Counted from the stretch's first letter, positions 9,201 to 18,682 are shown. The stretch: 64,000 nt of DNA from an uncultured Bacteroidales bacterium (GCA_937915765.1 CALGHE010000133.1:8387-72386); one strand, 5' to 3'. The notes: generated by a model not told the origin, from the letters alone. Made by a program: numbers and translations.

Positions 9201-12200
9201 GTTGTGCCGGAAATAGAGATCGAGCCGTTCTGCGCTGGTAAGTTGGACGATGCCGGCAAGGCTGAAATTGAAAGCACGTTTGATTTCTCGGCTCTTGAAT
9301 ACTCTTTTGTAATCAAGGACGCTTCTGATGCGGAGATTGAGTTGTCTGCCCTTGTAGGAGGCATCAACGAGATGGAGGCTGGAGAGCATACTTACAGTGT
9401 TGTTGTTACTGATGACAAGACAAGTTGTGTGAGCGAACCGGCTGAATTCACAATTACTATTTATGCAGTGCCAGACGCGCCGGCTACAAAGGTTGTTCCT
9501 CTTTTGAAAGAAGATGGAGCGTCTGAATCTATAGCAAGTGGCGCTACGGCTACTGAGGGCAATGAACTTGTTTGGTACAAAGACGAGAACTTGACTAAAG
9601 GCTCGGACGAAGCTCCTAAGCAGGACCTTTCTGTTGCGGACACGTTCTACTATTGGGTTTCGCAGAAGTCTAAAGATGGTTGTGAAAGTGATACTAGCAG
9701 GGTAACTGTTATTGTGAACGACGCTCCGGTTCCTGCTGTTCGCGACACTGCGTTGTGTACTGGTATGTCAATCGCAGACTTGTCTGGGCTGGTTACTCCT
9801 CTTGACGCTACTTATACGCTTAAATGGTACTCTTCTGCGGATGCGGAAAAGGGCACCGGCTCTGACGAGGCTCCTTCGTTCTCGGAAACAGAACCAGGCG
9901 ATTACCCTTATTTCGTAAGTCAGCTGAATACAAAGACTAACGCGGAGAGTGAGAAGAGCGAGTTTAAGGTGACTGTTTATGATGTGGCAAAGCCAGAAAC
10001 TGACACTAAATTGGAGTATTGTATTGGAGAAGAGGCAGAAATATTGAAAGCTACAGAGGTTGAGGATGGTGATTATATCAAGTCAAGCGGATTGGAATGG
10101 TTCGCAAAAGAGCCGGCTGAAGGTGTGACTGGATCTGCTACACCTTCAACTCCTGCAACAAATAAGGCTGGTGATGTTAGTTATTGGGTTCGTCAATACT
10201 TCAAATTGCCTAGTAAGGGCGGGGCTACTTGTTATGGTAAGCCTGTTGAAATTGTTGTGACAACGAATGAAACTGAAGTGCCGGCTTCTGAAAAGTCTTA
10301 TACTTATAACTATTTGAAGACTGATGTCAAGAATGGCAAGTTTGATGATTTGGTTACTAAAGACCCTAACGCGATAGTGGCAAGTGACGATTGTGAGCTT
10401 GTTTGGTTTGATGCTGACAAGAAAGAGTTGAGCTCTGTGCCGGCTCCTTCTTATGACCCTGACCAGGCTGGAGACGACCGTCAGGAATTCTTCTATGTAG
10501 CTCAGAAGAACAATACGACTGGCTGTTTGAGCGAGCTTGTCAAGGTTACGGTGAACATCAGTGATACTCCTGCTCCTATTGTTAAGGATATAAACTATTG
10601 TGAAAAATCTAAGATAGTCACTGCTTTGGCTGCTCAGATTAACGAGAGCGCTAAGCCTGCAGACCAGTATGAGCTGGTGTGGTTTGATGGCGAACCGAAC
10701 AAGACTCCTACAAAGGATGCTGATAACATTTTGGATGCAGCTCCTGTGCCGGACGTTGAAGTTCCAGCTGATGTTAAGGGTGAAGGTAACCCGATGAAGA
10801 TTGTGAGAACTTACTATGTTGCTCAGAGAGATAAAGAGTCCGGTGCTGTGTCTGTGGCGTCTAAAATTAATGTGACTACATATGCAAAACCGGTGCTTAC
10901 AACTGATGATGCAAGCGGAATCTGTTATCCTGATAGCGCTAAGCTGGCAGATTATTACGAATGGTCGGCTGATGTTCCGGAGCTTGTAACAAAATTTTAT
11001 TATGCGGATAACTCGCTGATGGGTAGCCCTAATGTGTATGAGTCTGGTCTTTACCATGTTACCGGAGAGTTTACTGTGCCATCATCAACTGAAATATGTA
11101 TTTCTGATATGGAAGATATTAAGGTTACAATAGATAAGTTGGAAAATGTAGAGATTATTGCGTCTGAAACAACTTGTCCGGGCACGTCAATCGAGCTTGA
11201 GGCTTCTTCTAAAACTAATTCTGAAGATGGTTCAGATGCTGATGTTAAATATACTTGGACAAGCACTAACGGAGATAATCTTGAAGGCAAGAAGGTTAAT
11301 TCTGCAGTGATGAATGGCAAGGCTGGAGACAAGTTTATGTTCGAGCTTACTGCTGTGTTTGGCGTTGGCGGTGTCTGCAAGCAGACTATCGAGCATGAGG
11401 TCACAATCGGAGACGGTCCTATCGAAGGCAATATTTTAATTTCAGAAGCTAATAATAAGGACTGGAACAATGTTAAGCTGAAGGCGACTGACCTTTCTAA
11501 TACTAAGGTTTATACTTGCGGCGGCGAATTGACTTTGTCTCCAAGTATGACTAAGACTGAAGGTGATTTTGTATGGACTAAGGATGGCGCAGAGTATGAT
11601 ACCGGAGACGCGACAGTTACTGAGTCTGGCGTATATACTGTGACTTACACAAACAAGTGTCCAACTTCTGTTGATGTGACTGTTGTGGCAGTGCCTTTGA
11701 AGGTTACTCCTGATAACACAAGTATGCTGATTTGTGAAAATGAATCGTTCTCAGCTTCGTTAGACATTGAGTGCCCTGAAAAGGATAAGGTGAGTATAGA
11801 GTGGCTGAAGGATGGTGTGAACACTACTTCAGTCTCTGGCTCTTCTTGGTCTTTCGACCCTGCGCGTCCTGAGCACAGCGGCGTTTACAGCTATGTTGTC
11901 ACAAACCGTGGTTGTGAGGTTGCGGGTAAGATTGCTAAGGGAGATCCTTTGACAGTAAGGCCTTACATCAAGTTTGGTGTGGCTCCGGAAATAAGCGGAG
12001 CTTCTGCGGAAGAGAAGTATGAGTATGTGCTTCGTCGCGACAGCTCTTTGCAGCTGGCTATCGGCTTTGATGTGCCTTCTGACGGAAACGTGGAAAGCAT
12101 CAAGTGGATTGACAAGCGTGGCAATGAGGTTAGCACAGAGCCTTTGTATAATTTGACAGTTAAGGGTGACGATGTATATACAATCAAGATTTCTGACTCT

Positions 12201-13547
12201 AAGCATTGCGATGCAGATACTGTTGTAAAGGTTTGGATGGACGCTCGTTTGCAGATGACTACAGACCTTGTTGACGATATGTGTTACGGCGAAACTAAAG
12301 TTCTGGAGATTGACACAACTGGAACTGGTAAGTTCTACTATCCTGCAAAGAGCAGCTTGACTGTTACTGAGAAAATTAAGGGTGTAGAAAGTAAAGTTCA
12401 GGGTTGGGATATTTCTGAAGGTAAATTGAAACTTGAGGTTTCTCCTGCCGATACTGCTGTTTATACTGTCAAGTTTGAATACAGAAACGGCGAGGGTGTG
12501 GATGCTCAGTCTATAATTCTTGAAGAGACTATCAATGTGTTGCCTCCGATAGTGATTAAAGAGCCTACAGGCTTGGCCTTCTGCGGTAACGGAGAAGATG
12601 AGCTGGAAGTCGCTTTGACTGTGTCTCCTCAGGGTACTGTGATTAAATGGGACAACGAGGACGGATATATTGTGAAGGAGTCAAGTGACTCTTATACAGT
12701 AACAGTTTCTAAAGAGTTTGAAAGAGGAACAAACCATAAGGAGGCTTATTACGTGAAGGGAGTGGCTTCTTACGATGTCTGCGAAGAAAAGCCGGTAGAG
12801 GTGCTTGTTACTGTTGAAGAACCTCTTAAAGGTAAGGTTAGCGGTGACTCTATTATTTGCGAGGAAGCTTCGGCTAACTTGTCTGCTGAAGCTTACGAGG
12901 CTGACACTTATGTATGGACTGCAGAAAATGATTTCATCGGCGAAAAGATTGGCGCTGCGATAAACGTTTCTCCTGCCGAAGGTTACGCGTACTATACGGT
13001 AAATATGACTCGTGGAAATTGTAAGGCGGTTGACTACTATTCTGTAGAGGTTTCTCCTAATCCGGTGATCTCGTCTGTGGATTCTGTGAATTATCAGGAT
13101 GTTGAAATCGTGGTGGATCCTTTCTACGGAAAGTCTCCTTTCACTATGTGGATTGATGATAATGTTCAGGTCAGCGGAGACCCTATCAAGACTATGGTCG
13201 GTTATGGCGTTCATACTGCGTTCGTGAGGGATACTATAGGTTGTATGTCTTCAGTTCAGTTCGAGGTTATTCCTCCTGCAATCAACGTGCCTATTGTGAT
13301 TTCTCCTAACGGCGACGGCAAGAACGACTTGTTCACAGTGCCAAGCCTTTCGGAAGCTTATCCGGATGCAAAGATTAAAATCTTTGACAGATTCGGCAAG
13401 CTGCTTGTCGAATACAAAGGTTCTGCTGATGGTTGGGACGGTACTTATAACGGACAGTTGATGCCTTCGACAGACTATTGGTACGAAATTGAAATCAAGG
13501 AAATCGGCAAAACTTATGTTGGTCACTTCACTTTGATTCGTCAATAA
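6252..13547 (+). CDS. Giant (2431 aa) T9SS type B cargo: signal peptide, N-terminal RCC1-like repeats, many Ig-like modules, CHU_C-like C-terminal sorting domain
   Basis: The signal peptide is MKKRFYILWLLLLSIAIEAYPQ. RCC1-like W-G..G.G repeats include YTWGNN, YAWGEDSQHGCGQG, VGWGNGSW, WSWGNGGWGGSTGQ, YWGCNDDNGG and YVWGLNDLGQTGTG. Repeated W(Y/F)..YYV(S/A)Q..C(E)S..V.V modules follow. The C-terminus SPNGDGKNDLF..WDGTYNG..YWYEIEI..GHFTLIRQ fits the type B pattern. Confidence 0.9.
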   Translation: MKKRFYILWLLLLSIAIEAYPQSKTISGGNDHGLIICAQGYLYTWGNNFSDVIGGPLLGIDPDVPGNTPDAKVVYSPQRVKTGNLTFSMVTSGSGAFNLALSCHNVVYAWGEDSQHGCGQGANTASAVVKYPVPVLKGETPGYTEDGQPGGDYLGGVTYIAASTNSGFAIMDDGRVVGWGNGSWNPNTGAAAAVPAYIKDKAGNDLQNITHISGGDDNCLLRDADGNLYGIGPWNGSGRNVTTTYAVPVVMEETGEPLKDIRMSAAGDVCGFAVTGDGYVWSWGNGGWGGSTGQSKTGLNHYGALRVCSGEYETISGEEYLTDVKEVIGGRGHGAAVTKEGYLVYWGCNDDNGGVAPATNIPADYKVSQGVKPILARYCDASGKPGELVKDAVSISRGDNFDFMVNDKDEFYVWGLNDLGQTGTGDKSVETYNCLIKLETIPCEIQDGCPEVFMIDRLKCPGEMIELDCGFVIPKGKEDRYYVQWFLNDELLNTSKLVLSNQGTPAYDKSYDSDPYNKAAIEITEPGRYKVIVYYVGVNIPCDACDPDSIEIEVTDMNMPIDTIVTTMNCVAEPLKPTSSDNICFEAVVNDKFYNSKQNVTFAAFSTVDSKDTLEIIETTGGGGEISFCVTGDKIAASEVHDNSGDISKDTTYTVWLEDLTSFETYLFKNQKAVDAGSFQSYGILLDLYSDSDLKSFDIFAKGYSGTSEISATPVIYTVAKDDNGKYYPDKVFWTGKAQTFEITSDGPNQLTVECGVRLTGIARGTRYILGMNFKGNCNIYTYDTPASKQNMPDFVTPVEDSEGFGIFAMGATANSYTIQANGADKSCYTNITFGKLTDYDCGRIMLTAQYGCPPCNKPDLNANGKYVEIVPSVEKSADDEMVHLCKGSSVELAVSDVKNTTKTDAAFDILWFENEADFADDDKAIKSDVTGKATESAITVAWEDLTPGEKKTYYVKVRDHEKSDAAACYVFDSVVVMPDTVPVVPEIEIEPFCAGKLDDAGKAEIESTFDFSALEYSFVIKDASDAEIELSALVGGINEMEAGEHTYSVVVTDDKTSCVSEPAEFTITIYAVPDAPATKVVPLLKEDGASESIASGATATEGNELVWYKDENLTKGSDEAPKQDLSVADTFYYWVSQKSKDGCESDTSRVTVIVNDAPVPAVRDTALCTGMSIADLSGLVTPLDATYTLKWYSSADAEKGTGSDEAPSFSETEPGDYPYFVSQLNTKTNAESEKSEFKVTVYDVAKPETDTKLEYCIGEEAEILKATEVEDGDYIKSSGLEWFAKEPAEGVTGSATPSTPATNKAGDVSYWVRQYFKLPSKGGATCYGKPVEIVVTTNETEVPASEKSYTYNYLKTDVKNGKFDDLVTKDPNAIVASDDCELVWFDADKKELSSVPAPSYDPDQAGDDRQEFFYVAQKNNTTGCLSELVKVTVNISDTPAPIVKDINYCEKSKIVTALAAQINESAKPADQYELVWFDGEPNKTPTKDADNILDAAPVPDVEVPADVKGEGNPMKIVRTYYVAQRDKESGAVSVASKINVTTYAKPVLTTDDASGICYPDSAKLADYYEWSADVPELVTKFYYADNSLMGSPNVYESGLYHVTGEFTVPSSTEICISDMEDIKVTIDKLENVEIIASETTCPGTSIELEASSKTNSEDGSDADVKYTWTSTNGDNLEGKKVNSAVMNGKAGDKFMFELTAVFGVGGVCKQTIEHEVTIGDGPIEGNILISEANNKDWNNVKLKATDLSNTKVYTCGGELTLSPSMTKTEGDFVWTKDGAEYDTGDATVTESGVYTVTYTNKCPTSVDVTVVAVPLKVTPDNTSMLICENESFSASLDIECPEKDKVSIEWLKDGVNTTSVSGSSWSFDPARPEHSGVYSYVVTNRGCEVAGKIAKGDPLTVRPYIKFGVAPEISGASAEEKYEYVLRRDSSLQLAIGFDVPSDGNVESIKWIDKRGNEVSTEPLYNLTVKGDDVYTIKISDSKHCDADTVVKVWMDARLQMTTDLVDDMCYGETKVLEIDTTGTGKFYYPAKSSLTVTEKIKGVESKVQGWDISEGKLKLEVSPADTAVYTVKFEYRNGEGVDAQSIILEETINVLPPIVIKEPTGLAFCGNGEDELEVALTVSPQGTVIKWDNEDGYIVKESSDSYTVTVSKEFERGTNHKEAYYVKGVASYDVCEEKPVEVLVTVEEPLKGKVSGDSIICEEASANLSAEAYEADTYVWTAENDFIGEKIGAAINVSPAEGYAYYTVNMTRGNCKAVDYYSVEVSPNPVISSVDSVNYQDVEIVVDPFYGKSPFTMWIDDNVQVSGDPIKTMVGYGVHTAFVRDTIGCMSSVQFEVIPPAINVPIVISPNGDGKNDLFTVPSLSEAYPDAKIKIFDRFGKLLVEYKGSADGWDGTYNGQLMPSTDYWYEIEIKEIGKTYVGHFTLIRQ

Positions 13548-13558
13548 AAAATGTTAAA

Positions 13559-13597
13559 GGGGCGTCTGTGGTTCTCGCAGACGCCTTTTTGTTTTTT
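13559..13597 (+). terminator. Rho-independent terminator after adhesin paralog 2
   Basis: The stem is ggcgtctg (13561-13568) / cagacgcc (13578-13585), followed by tttttgtttttt. Confidence 0.75.
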
Positions 13598-13634
13598 AGC
13601 GCGGTAATATTTTTATACTAAGAAATAGAGAGAT

Positions 13635-14501
13635 ATGCTTATAGTGGATAAATTGTCGGAATATGACTCTTTCAAGAGTGTTTATCATGAGAATAGAGAC
13701 GGAGAGCCGTTCCCCTCGGGCCTGGCTTTGAGGCAAATAGTGGATTTGTGCAGGTCTATATTGTTCCCCGGATATTTCGGAAATCCGATGGTTGACCGTC
13801 GGACTATAAAGTATCACATAGGCGTGAATGTGGAGCGGTTGCAGGCTCTGCTTGAAGAGCAAGTCCTGGCCGGTTTGTGCTTCGGTTGCACAGAAGAGGA
13901 GCGCTCTTTGGCAGACAAGAAGGCTGAGGCGAGGCGGGTAGCGTCTGTCTTTGTTGAGTTCCTGCCCGAATTGAGGCGTGTGCTTATGACGGACATTGAG
14001 GCGGCTTACTATGGAGACCCGGCGGCAAAGAGTTTTGCTGAAATCATTCTTTGCTATCCGGCGGTAAGGGCTATTTCGAATCATCGAATAGCGCATAAAT
14101 TGTTGGAACTGGGTGTCCCTATGATTCCGCGCATGATTAGCGAAATGGCTCACTCGGAGACTGGCATTGATATTCACCCGGGCGCAACTATAGGCGAACG
14201 TTTTTCGATTGACCATGGTACCGGTGTCGTTATCGGAGAGACTGCTATCATCGGAAATAATGTGAAGATTTATCAAGGTGTGACGCTTGGCGCTAAGAGC
14301 TTCGAACTTGATGAGTTCGGGAATCCGGTGAAAAATGTGCCGCGTCATCCTATATTGGAAGATGATGTTATTGTTTACGCTAACGCTACAATTTTGGGAC
14401 GTGTGACAATTGGCAAGGGGGCTGTTATTGGTGGTAATATATGGGTCACTTCTGATGTGGAACGTGGAGCTAAAGTTGTTCAATCTAAAGTTAATAGATA
14501 A
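13635..14501 (+). CDS. cysE: Serine O-acetyltransferase
   Basis: The hexapeptide-repeat core is GIDIHPGATIGERFSIDHGTGVVIGETAIIGNNVKIYQGVTLG. The N-terminal helical region is typical of the long Bacteroidota-type SAT. The stop overlaps the birA start (TAATG at 14499-14503). Confidence 0.85.
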   Translation: MLIVDKLSEYDSFKSVYHENRDGEPFPSGLALRQIVDLCRSILFPGYFGNPMVDRRTIKYHIGVNVERLQALLEEQVLAGLCFGCTEEERSLADKKAEARRVASVFVEFLPELRRVLMTDIEAAYYGDPAAKSFAEIILCYPAVRAISNHRIAHKLLELGVPMIPRMISEMAHSETGIDIHPGATIGERFSIDHGTGVVIGETAIIGNNVKIYQGVTLGAKSFELDEFGNPVKNVPRHPILEDDVIVYANATILGRVTIGKGAVIGGNIWVTSDVERGAKVVQSKVNR

Positions 14502-15241
14502 TGGAAAATGCAGTTTTTTTGAAAGAGGTCTCCTCTACTAACGATTATCTGAGCGGACTTGTTGCGTCGAATAGGGCGGCCCTTGCAGACGGTTTTGTGG
14601 CGCTTGCCGAAAATCAGACGGCGGGACGTGGTCAGGCTGCAAATGTGTGGGAGTCTGACTCGGGTGAGAATCTCACGTTCAGCATGGCTCTTTTCCCGGA
14701 CTTCCTTCCTGTGAGGGAGCAGTTTCTTATTTCTCAGGTCGTGTCGTTGGGTGTTGTGGATTTTCTTGACGATTATTGCAAAATAGGCGCGGTGTCTATC
14801 AAGTGGCCTAATGATATTTACTGGATGGATTTTAAGGTTTGCGGAATACTGATAGAGAATGCTGTTTGCGGCAGAGAACTTAGCAGCGTTGTTGCCGGGG
14901 TCGGACTTAATATGAACCAGACAATTTTCAGGGGAGATGCACCCAACCCTATTTCGGTGAGTCAAATCACTGGCGAACATTATGATTTGGAGGCGGCTCT
15001 CGAAGTTTTGAGAGAGAAGATAATGCGGCGTTACGAAATGCTTCGTCGTGGTGAAAAGGAGGCTTTGCGCCAGAGTTACCTTAAAAGGCTTTATCGCCAG
15101 GACGGTTTTTATCCGTATCAGGATGCGGCAGGAACTTTTCATGCTGAGATTGAAGATGTGGAGCCTATAGGCACACTCCTGCTAAGGCTTGATAACGGAG
15201 AGTTGCGAAGGTATGCGTTTAAGGAAGTTTCTTTTATTTAA
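14501..15241 (+). CDS. birA: Biotin--[acetyl-CoA-carboxylase] ligase (group I, no N-terminal HTH)
   Basis: It carries the BPL signature QTAGRGQAANVWESDSGENLTFSM (GRGRxGxxW-type motif) and KWPNDIY. The length of 246 aa is typical. Confidence 0.8.
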   Translation: MENAVFLKEVSSTNDYLSGLVASNRAALADGFVALAENQTAGRGQAANVWESDSGENLTFSMALFPDFLPVREQFLISQVVSLGVVDFLDDYCKIGAVSIKWPNDIYWMDFKVCGILIENAVCGRELSSVVAGVGLNMNQTIFRGDAPNPISVSQITGEHYDLEAALEVLREKIMRRYEMLRRGEKEALRQSYLKRLYRQDGFYPYQDAAGTFHAEIEDVEPIGTLLLRLDNGELRRYAFKEVSFI

Positions 15242-15253
15242 TTATAAACGGTG

Positions 15254-15275
15254 AATTTATAGAACTCACCTTAAG
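15254..15275 (+). repeat. Dispersed intergenic motif copy 1 (AATTTATAGAA..CCTTA family)
   Basis: aatttatagaactcaccttaag lies 13 nt after the birA stop. The flanking ggtga/tcacc can pair around it. Confidence 0.7.
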
Positions 15276-15285
15276 TTTTTATATC

Positions 15286-16197
15286 GTGCTGAAAAAGTTA
15301 AAGACATACGCTCTTTTTATCTCTATGATGGTGGGCATATTGGCTCATCCTGTTTTTGCCCCGGTGGCATGGGTTACTAAATATATGCTTTTTTGCATGT
15401 TGCTGATAACTTATTGCAAGGTGTCGCCTCGGCAGCTCCGTTTTGAACGGATTCATTTGTGGCTCGGCGTTGTTCAGCTGTTTGGCTGCCTTTTTGTGTA
15501 TGCGGTTTTGGCTCTATTTGACGTGCAGCTGGCTCAAGGCTCCATGATTTGCATCCTTGCGCCCACGGCAACGTCAGCCCCTGTGATAACGGGTTTGCTT
15601 GGCGGGTGCGTGGCCAGTTTGGTGACGTACAGCATAACAAGCAATCTGGCGGTGGCGGTGGTTGCTCCGCTGATTTTGTCGCTAATCGGAGCGCACGGGG
15701 CGGTGGCTGGCGACCTCTCTTTTTTTGAGGCTTTTGTGATTATTTGCAAGAAGGTCATGCCGCTTCTAATCGGGCCGTTCTTGCTGGCTATAGTTTTGTC
15801 TAAATTTACGCCTAAGGTTCATGAGGCTCTGAAGACCAAACAGACCATCTCTTTTTGGCTATGGGTCTTGGCTCTGGCTTTGCTTATGGGGCGGACTACA
15901 GAGGATTTGCTTGGCTTAGATGCGAAAGACAAGCTCAGGGCGGCTCTGATTGCGTTTGGCGCATTGGTGGTTTGCGTGCTGCAGTTTTGGGCCGGCAGGC
16001 GTATAGGCAGGAGGTTTGACAACGTCGTTGCCGGAGGCCAGTCTTTAGGACAGAAGAACACAATTCTGGTGATATGGATGGCTCAAACTTTCTTTGACCC
16101 GATGGTTGCTGTGGCTCCGGCATCGTATGTGCTTTGGCAGAACCTTATCAACTCTTATCAGATGTGGAGATTCCAGAGAAAGCAAATTCAAGACTAA
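15286..16197 (+). CDS. Polytopic inner-membrane transporter (bile acid:Na+ symporter-like / SBF-like fold suspected)
   Basis: The protein has about 9-10 hydrophobic segments. The motif APTATSAPVITGLLGG resembles the PTTxSS motif of SBF-like carriers, as recalled from memory. The ORF-track start is GTG; an ATG at 15325 is an alternative. Confidence 0.65.
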   Translation: MLKKLKTYALFISMMVGILAHPVFAPVAWVTKYMLFCMLLITYCKVSPRQLRFERIHLWLGVVQLFGCLFVYAVLALFDVQLAQGSMICILAPTATSAPVITGLLGGCVASLVTYSITSNLAVAVVAPLILSLIGAHGAVAGDLSFFEAFVIICKKVMPLLIGPFLLAIVLSKFTPKVHEALKTKQTISFWLWVLALALLMGRTTEDLLGLDAKDKLRAALIAFGALVVCVLQFWAGRRIGRRFDNVVAGGQSLGQKNTILVIWMAQTFFDPMVAVAPASYVLWQNLINSYQMWRFQRKQIQD

Positions 16198-16217
16198 TTT
16201 ATAGAACTCGCCTTATG
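16196..16217 (+). repeat. Dispersed intergenic motif copy 2
   Basis: aatttatagaactcgccttatg overlaps the TAA stop of the transporter gene. It lies between convergent genes. Confidence 0.7.
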
Positions 16218-16227
16218 TGAGTTGCCG

Positions 16228-17433
16228 TTACGCCTTTGGCTTCTCCTTTCGGTAAACCGGCAAGGTGTAGCCTAAGCTCCAGTATATGAACTGAGCCTTG
16301 CTGAAGCGTGTCGCACGTATGCCGAACGTGCCGAAGATGTTAGAGACAATGTCCGCCTTCACACCTAAAATTTGATAGAAGCGCGAGTCTCTTTCGTTGC
16401 CGTGTATCACGTTGTATCCGAGGTTGGCGAAGTAAGACACGTAAGGCAGAGTTATCTCCCCTTTCAGCCCGATGCCAACGCCAAAGCGCTCTTTCATGTC
16501 TCCTTTTATCACGCGGTCATACCAAAAACCGTCCAGTTCGTTCAGCTCGCGGCGCGCATAAGAGCCGGAACTCTCGTCGTAAAGGATGTTCAGGCTTGGC
16601 CCCCATTTGTATTTGTGTCTGTTTACGAACATAGGTGAGTAGCTTGTCTCAAGCACACGGTACTTCTGATTGAGGTATTGTGTAGGCAGCCCTGTGTTTG
16701 TGGTGCTGTAATAGACTTGTCTGGAAGAGAATGTCACCAAAAACTCATGGTCTATGCGTTTGCGCAAAGGCGGAGCGACAGGCTTTGTCTCCGGAGTTTT
16801 AGGATATCCGTCTTCATTCAGCTTGTAGTTAAGCTCCAGAAAGCCGGCAGCGAGGTTCAGCCCCTTGTTTGGCATCCTTGACGCTCCGTTAGAGAAGTGG
16901 GTCACGCCGGCGCCAAGACGGAGGTTGAAACGTCGGCTCATAGCCCAGTCGAAGAAGACCGAGCCTCCGATATGTATGTTTTCGCTTGTGCCTATGGTTA
17001 TGTTATCCCGATTAGAAAATGCGTTATATGTCTTCCAGTTTGCCGAATAGCCGAGGTTGAATTCGTAATTCAGCGTGAATCGTTTGTGAAGTCTTGCAAG
17101 ACGAGCTCCCTGCACAAGGAAAATGGAAAACGGATAGCCCATGCGCTTTTCGCGCAGGTTTGCAAAGTATATGCCAACACCGTTGTAAGAGTCGTGATTT
17201 ATGTAGTTTAGCCAGTCGTCATGTTTTGGCTGAAGGGTGTATTTGAGCGAGTACGCTTCGTAGCCTTGACGAAATTCTTCTGATTTTATGAAGTCGTTAG
17301 TCTTCAGCGCGATTCCGTGTTCCGCCTTGAAGTTCAGCTTTCTTAGAAATTCACTTTTCGTTGTGTCTGATGCGAGGCCCGACAGAATAAAAATAACTTG
17401 CGCCAATACAGACAATAACACCTTTTTGTACAT
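16228..17433 (-). CDS. Outer-membrane beta-barrel protein, acyloxyacyl hydrolase / PagL-like lipid A deacylase family suspected
   Basis: The signal peptide is MYKKVLLSVLAQVIFILSGLAS. The stretch FLVQGARLARL..LNYEFNLGYS..GAGVTHFSNGASRMPNKGLN resembles Bacteroides 'acyloxyacyl hydrolase' proteins, as recalled from memory. I prefer the start at 17433 over 17451 because the -7 box at 17456-17463 is too close to 17451. Confidence 0.65.
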   Translation of the reverse strand: MYKKVLLSVLAQVIFILSGLASDTTKSEFLRKLNFKAEHGIALKTNDFIKSEEFRQGYEAYSLKYTLQPKHDDWLNYINHDSYNGVGIYFANLREKRMGYPFSIFLVQGARLARLHKRFTLNYEFNLGYSANWKTYNAFSNRDNITIGTSENIHIGGSVFFDWAMSRRFNLRLGAGVTHFSNGASRMPNKGLNLAAGFLELNYKLNEDGYPKTPETKPVAPPLRKRIDHEFLVTFSSRQVYYSTTNTGLPTQYLNQKYRVLETSYSPMFVNRHKYKWGPSLNILYDESSGSYARRELNELDGFWYDRVIKGDMKERFGVGIGLKGEITLPYVSYFANLGYNVIHGNERDSRFYQILGVKADIVSNIFGTFGIRATRFSKAQFIYWSLGYTLPVYRKEKPKA

Positions 17434-17455
17434 ACAATAAACATATTTCACAACG

Positions 17456-17463
17456 CAAAGTTA
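17456..17463 (-). promoter_or_regulatory. Bacteroidota -7 box (TAACTTTG on the minus strand)
   Basis: The plus strand reads caaagtta. The box lies about 22 nt upstream of the ATG at 17433. Confidence 0.4.
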
Positions 17464-17767
17464 TTATTTTTTTCAGAGAGTTGAAAAATAAGTTTGTTAT
17501 TTTGCAAATAAAATGATATTTTTGGGCTCTTGAAATGTTGTGGTTTGAAAAGTGTGGCTGATATAGTTAATTCTCTCGTCATTTTAGGAAATCCTATGTT
17601 CAGGTTGCGGAGGTCTCTTGATGTTGCTGCGGACGTGTTTTTGAAGAGATGCCGCGTAGTTTTGTGACGATGTGGAATTTTGCTGAGTTTTTTAGAGGAG
17701 ACGGTGGCGGACGAGATTTTCTGTCAGAATAAGATTTAAATTAAGATAATAGTTTAACAGAATATTA

Positions 17768-18616
17768 ATGAAAAAGATAATTTCTTTTGCTGTGATGGGG
17801 CTGCTTTCTATGCCTTTCATCCATGCTCAGGTTGAAGAACTTGAAGTGGTCGCAGACGAACCGGCTGTTGAAATCAGCGATGTTTCAGCTGAGATTGTGG
17901 ACGTTCAGCCTGTAGTGCCTAAGGATACGGCGACTATTGAGTCGCTCAATACAAGAGACTCGCTTGTTCCGGAAGTTGCCATACCGGAGGTTAGGCTTAT
18001 TTCGCTCGGTGTTACGGCTGGTTTGAACATGGCCGGTTACCGTACCAATATGGAGGGCGGCGGAATGAGGCTTGGCGGTCAGGTCGGCGTGAATATGGAG
18101 TTCCCGATAGGGCAGTATTTGGCAATTCAGCCAGAAATGATTCTGTCGCTTCGTGGTGGCAAGTATGACTACGCTGGTGTGTACGGAGTTAAGGAACCTG
18201 GCGAGAGCTTGCTTTACATGGATGTTCCGATAAACGTCAAGTTTAGCAAAAGAATGGGCAAGGGTCGTCCGTTTATCTCGGTGGCGCCAATGTTCAGTTT
18301 CGGCATCTACGGCTCTGCAACTTATGAGGGCGTGGGACCGGACGGCTCAGCGACTGAAACTAAGATTTCGGTCTTCCAATGTGACCCGGAACTGGAGCAG
18401 GAAGATGCAGCTTACAATAACTTCGATTTCGGTTTTTGCTTTAAACTTGGGTATGACACAGACGATTTCTGGTCTATATCGGCAGGTTACTCTATCGGCC
18501 TGACAGAAATGTACAATGTGTCGGCTGAAGAGGAAAAGTTCATGAAGAAGCACGGAGGCGAAGAACCTTCGTTGAAAAACCATAATATATTTGTGACTGT
18601 GGGCTATCGTTGGTAA
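17768..18616 (+). CDS. Porin-family outer-membrane beta-barrel protein (OMP_b-brl_2-like)
   Basis: The signal peptide is MKKIISFAVMGLLSMPFIHAQ. Alternating beta-strand patterns are present, and the C-terminus NIFVTVGYRW has a terminal aromatic residue. Confidence 0.75.
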   Translation: MKKIISFAVMGLLSMPFIHAQVEELEVVADEPAVEISDVSAEIVDVQPVVPKDTATIESLNTRDSLVPEVAIPEVRLISLGVTAGLNMAGYRTNMEGGGMRLGGQVGVNMEFPIGQYLAIQPEMILSLRGGKYDYAGVYGVKEPGESLLYMDVPINVKFSKRMGKGRPFISVAPMFSFGIYGSATYEGVGPDGSATETKISVFQCDPELEQEDAAYNNFDFGFCFKLGYDTDDFWSISAGYSIGLTEMYNVSAEEEKFMKKHGGEEPSLKNHNIFVTVGYRW

Positions 18617-18673
18617 TTTGCCTTAAGCCGAAAGATTTGTATCTTTTGTTTTTAAAATTCATTAACTCTTTAC

Positions 18674-18681
18674 TATATTTG
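18674..18681 (+). promoter_or_regulatory. Bacteroidota -7 box candidate promoter for gldE-gldD
   Basis: TATATTTG lies 48 nt upstream of the TTG start at 18729. Confidence 0.4.
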
Positions 18682-18682
18682 C

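Noticed and set aside
13596-15142. Minus-strand ORFs of 295 aa (13596-14483) and 220 aa (14480-15142) opposite cysE and birA.
   Set aside because: The plus-strand frames carry unmistakable serine acetyltransferase hexapeptide repeats and biotin-ligase motifs. The antisense translations have none.
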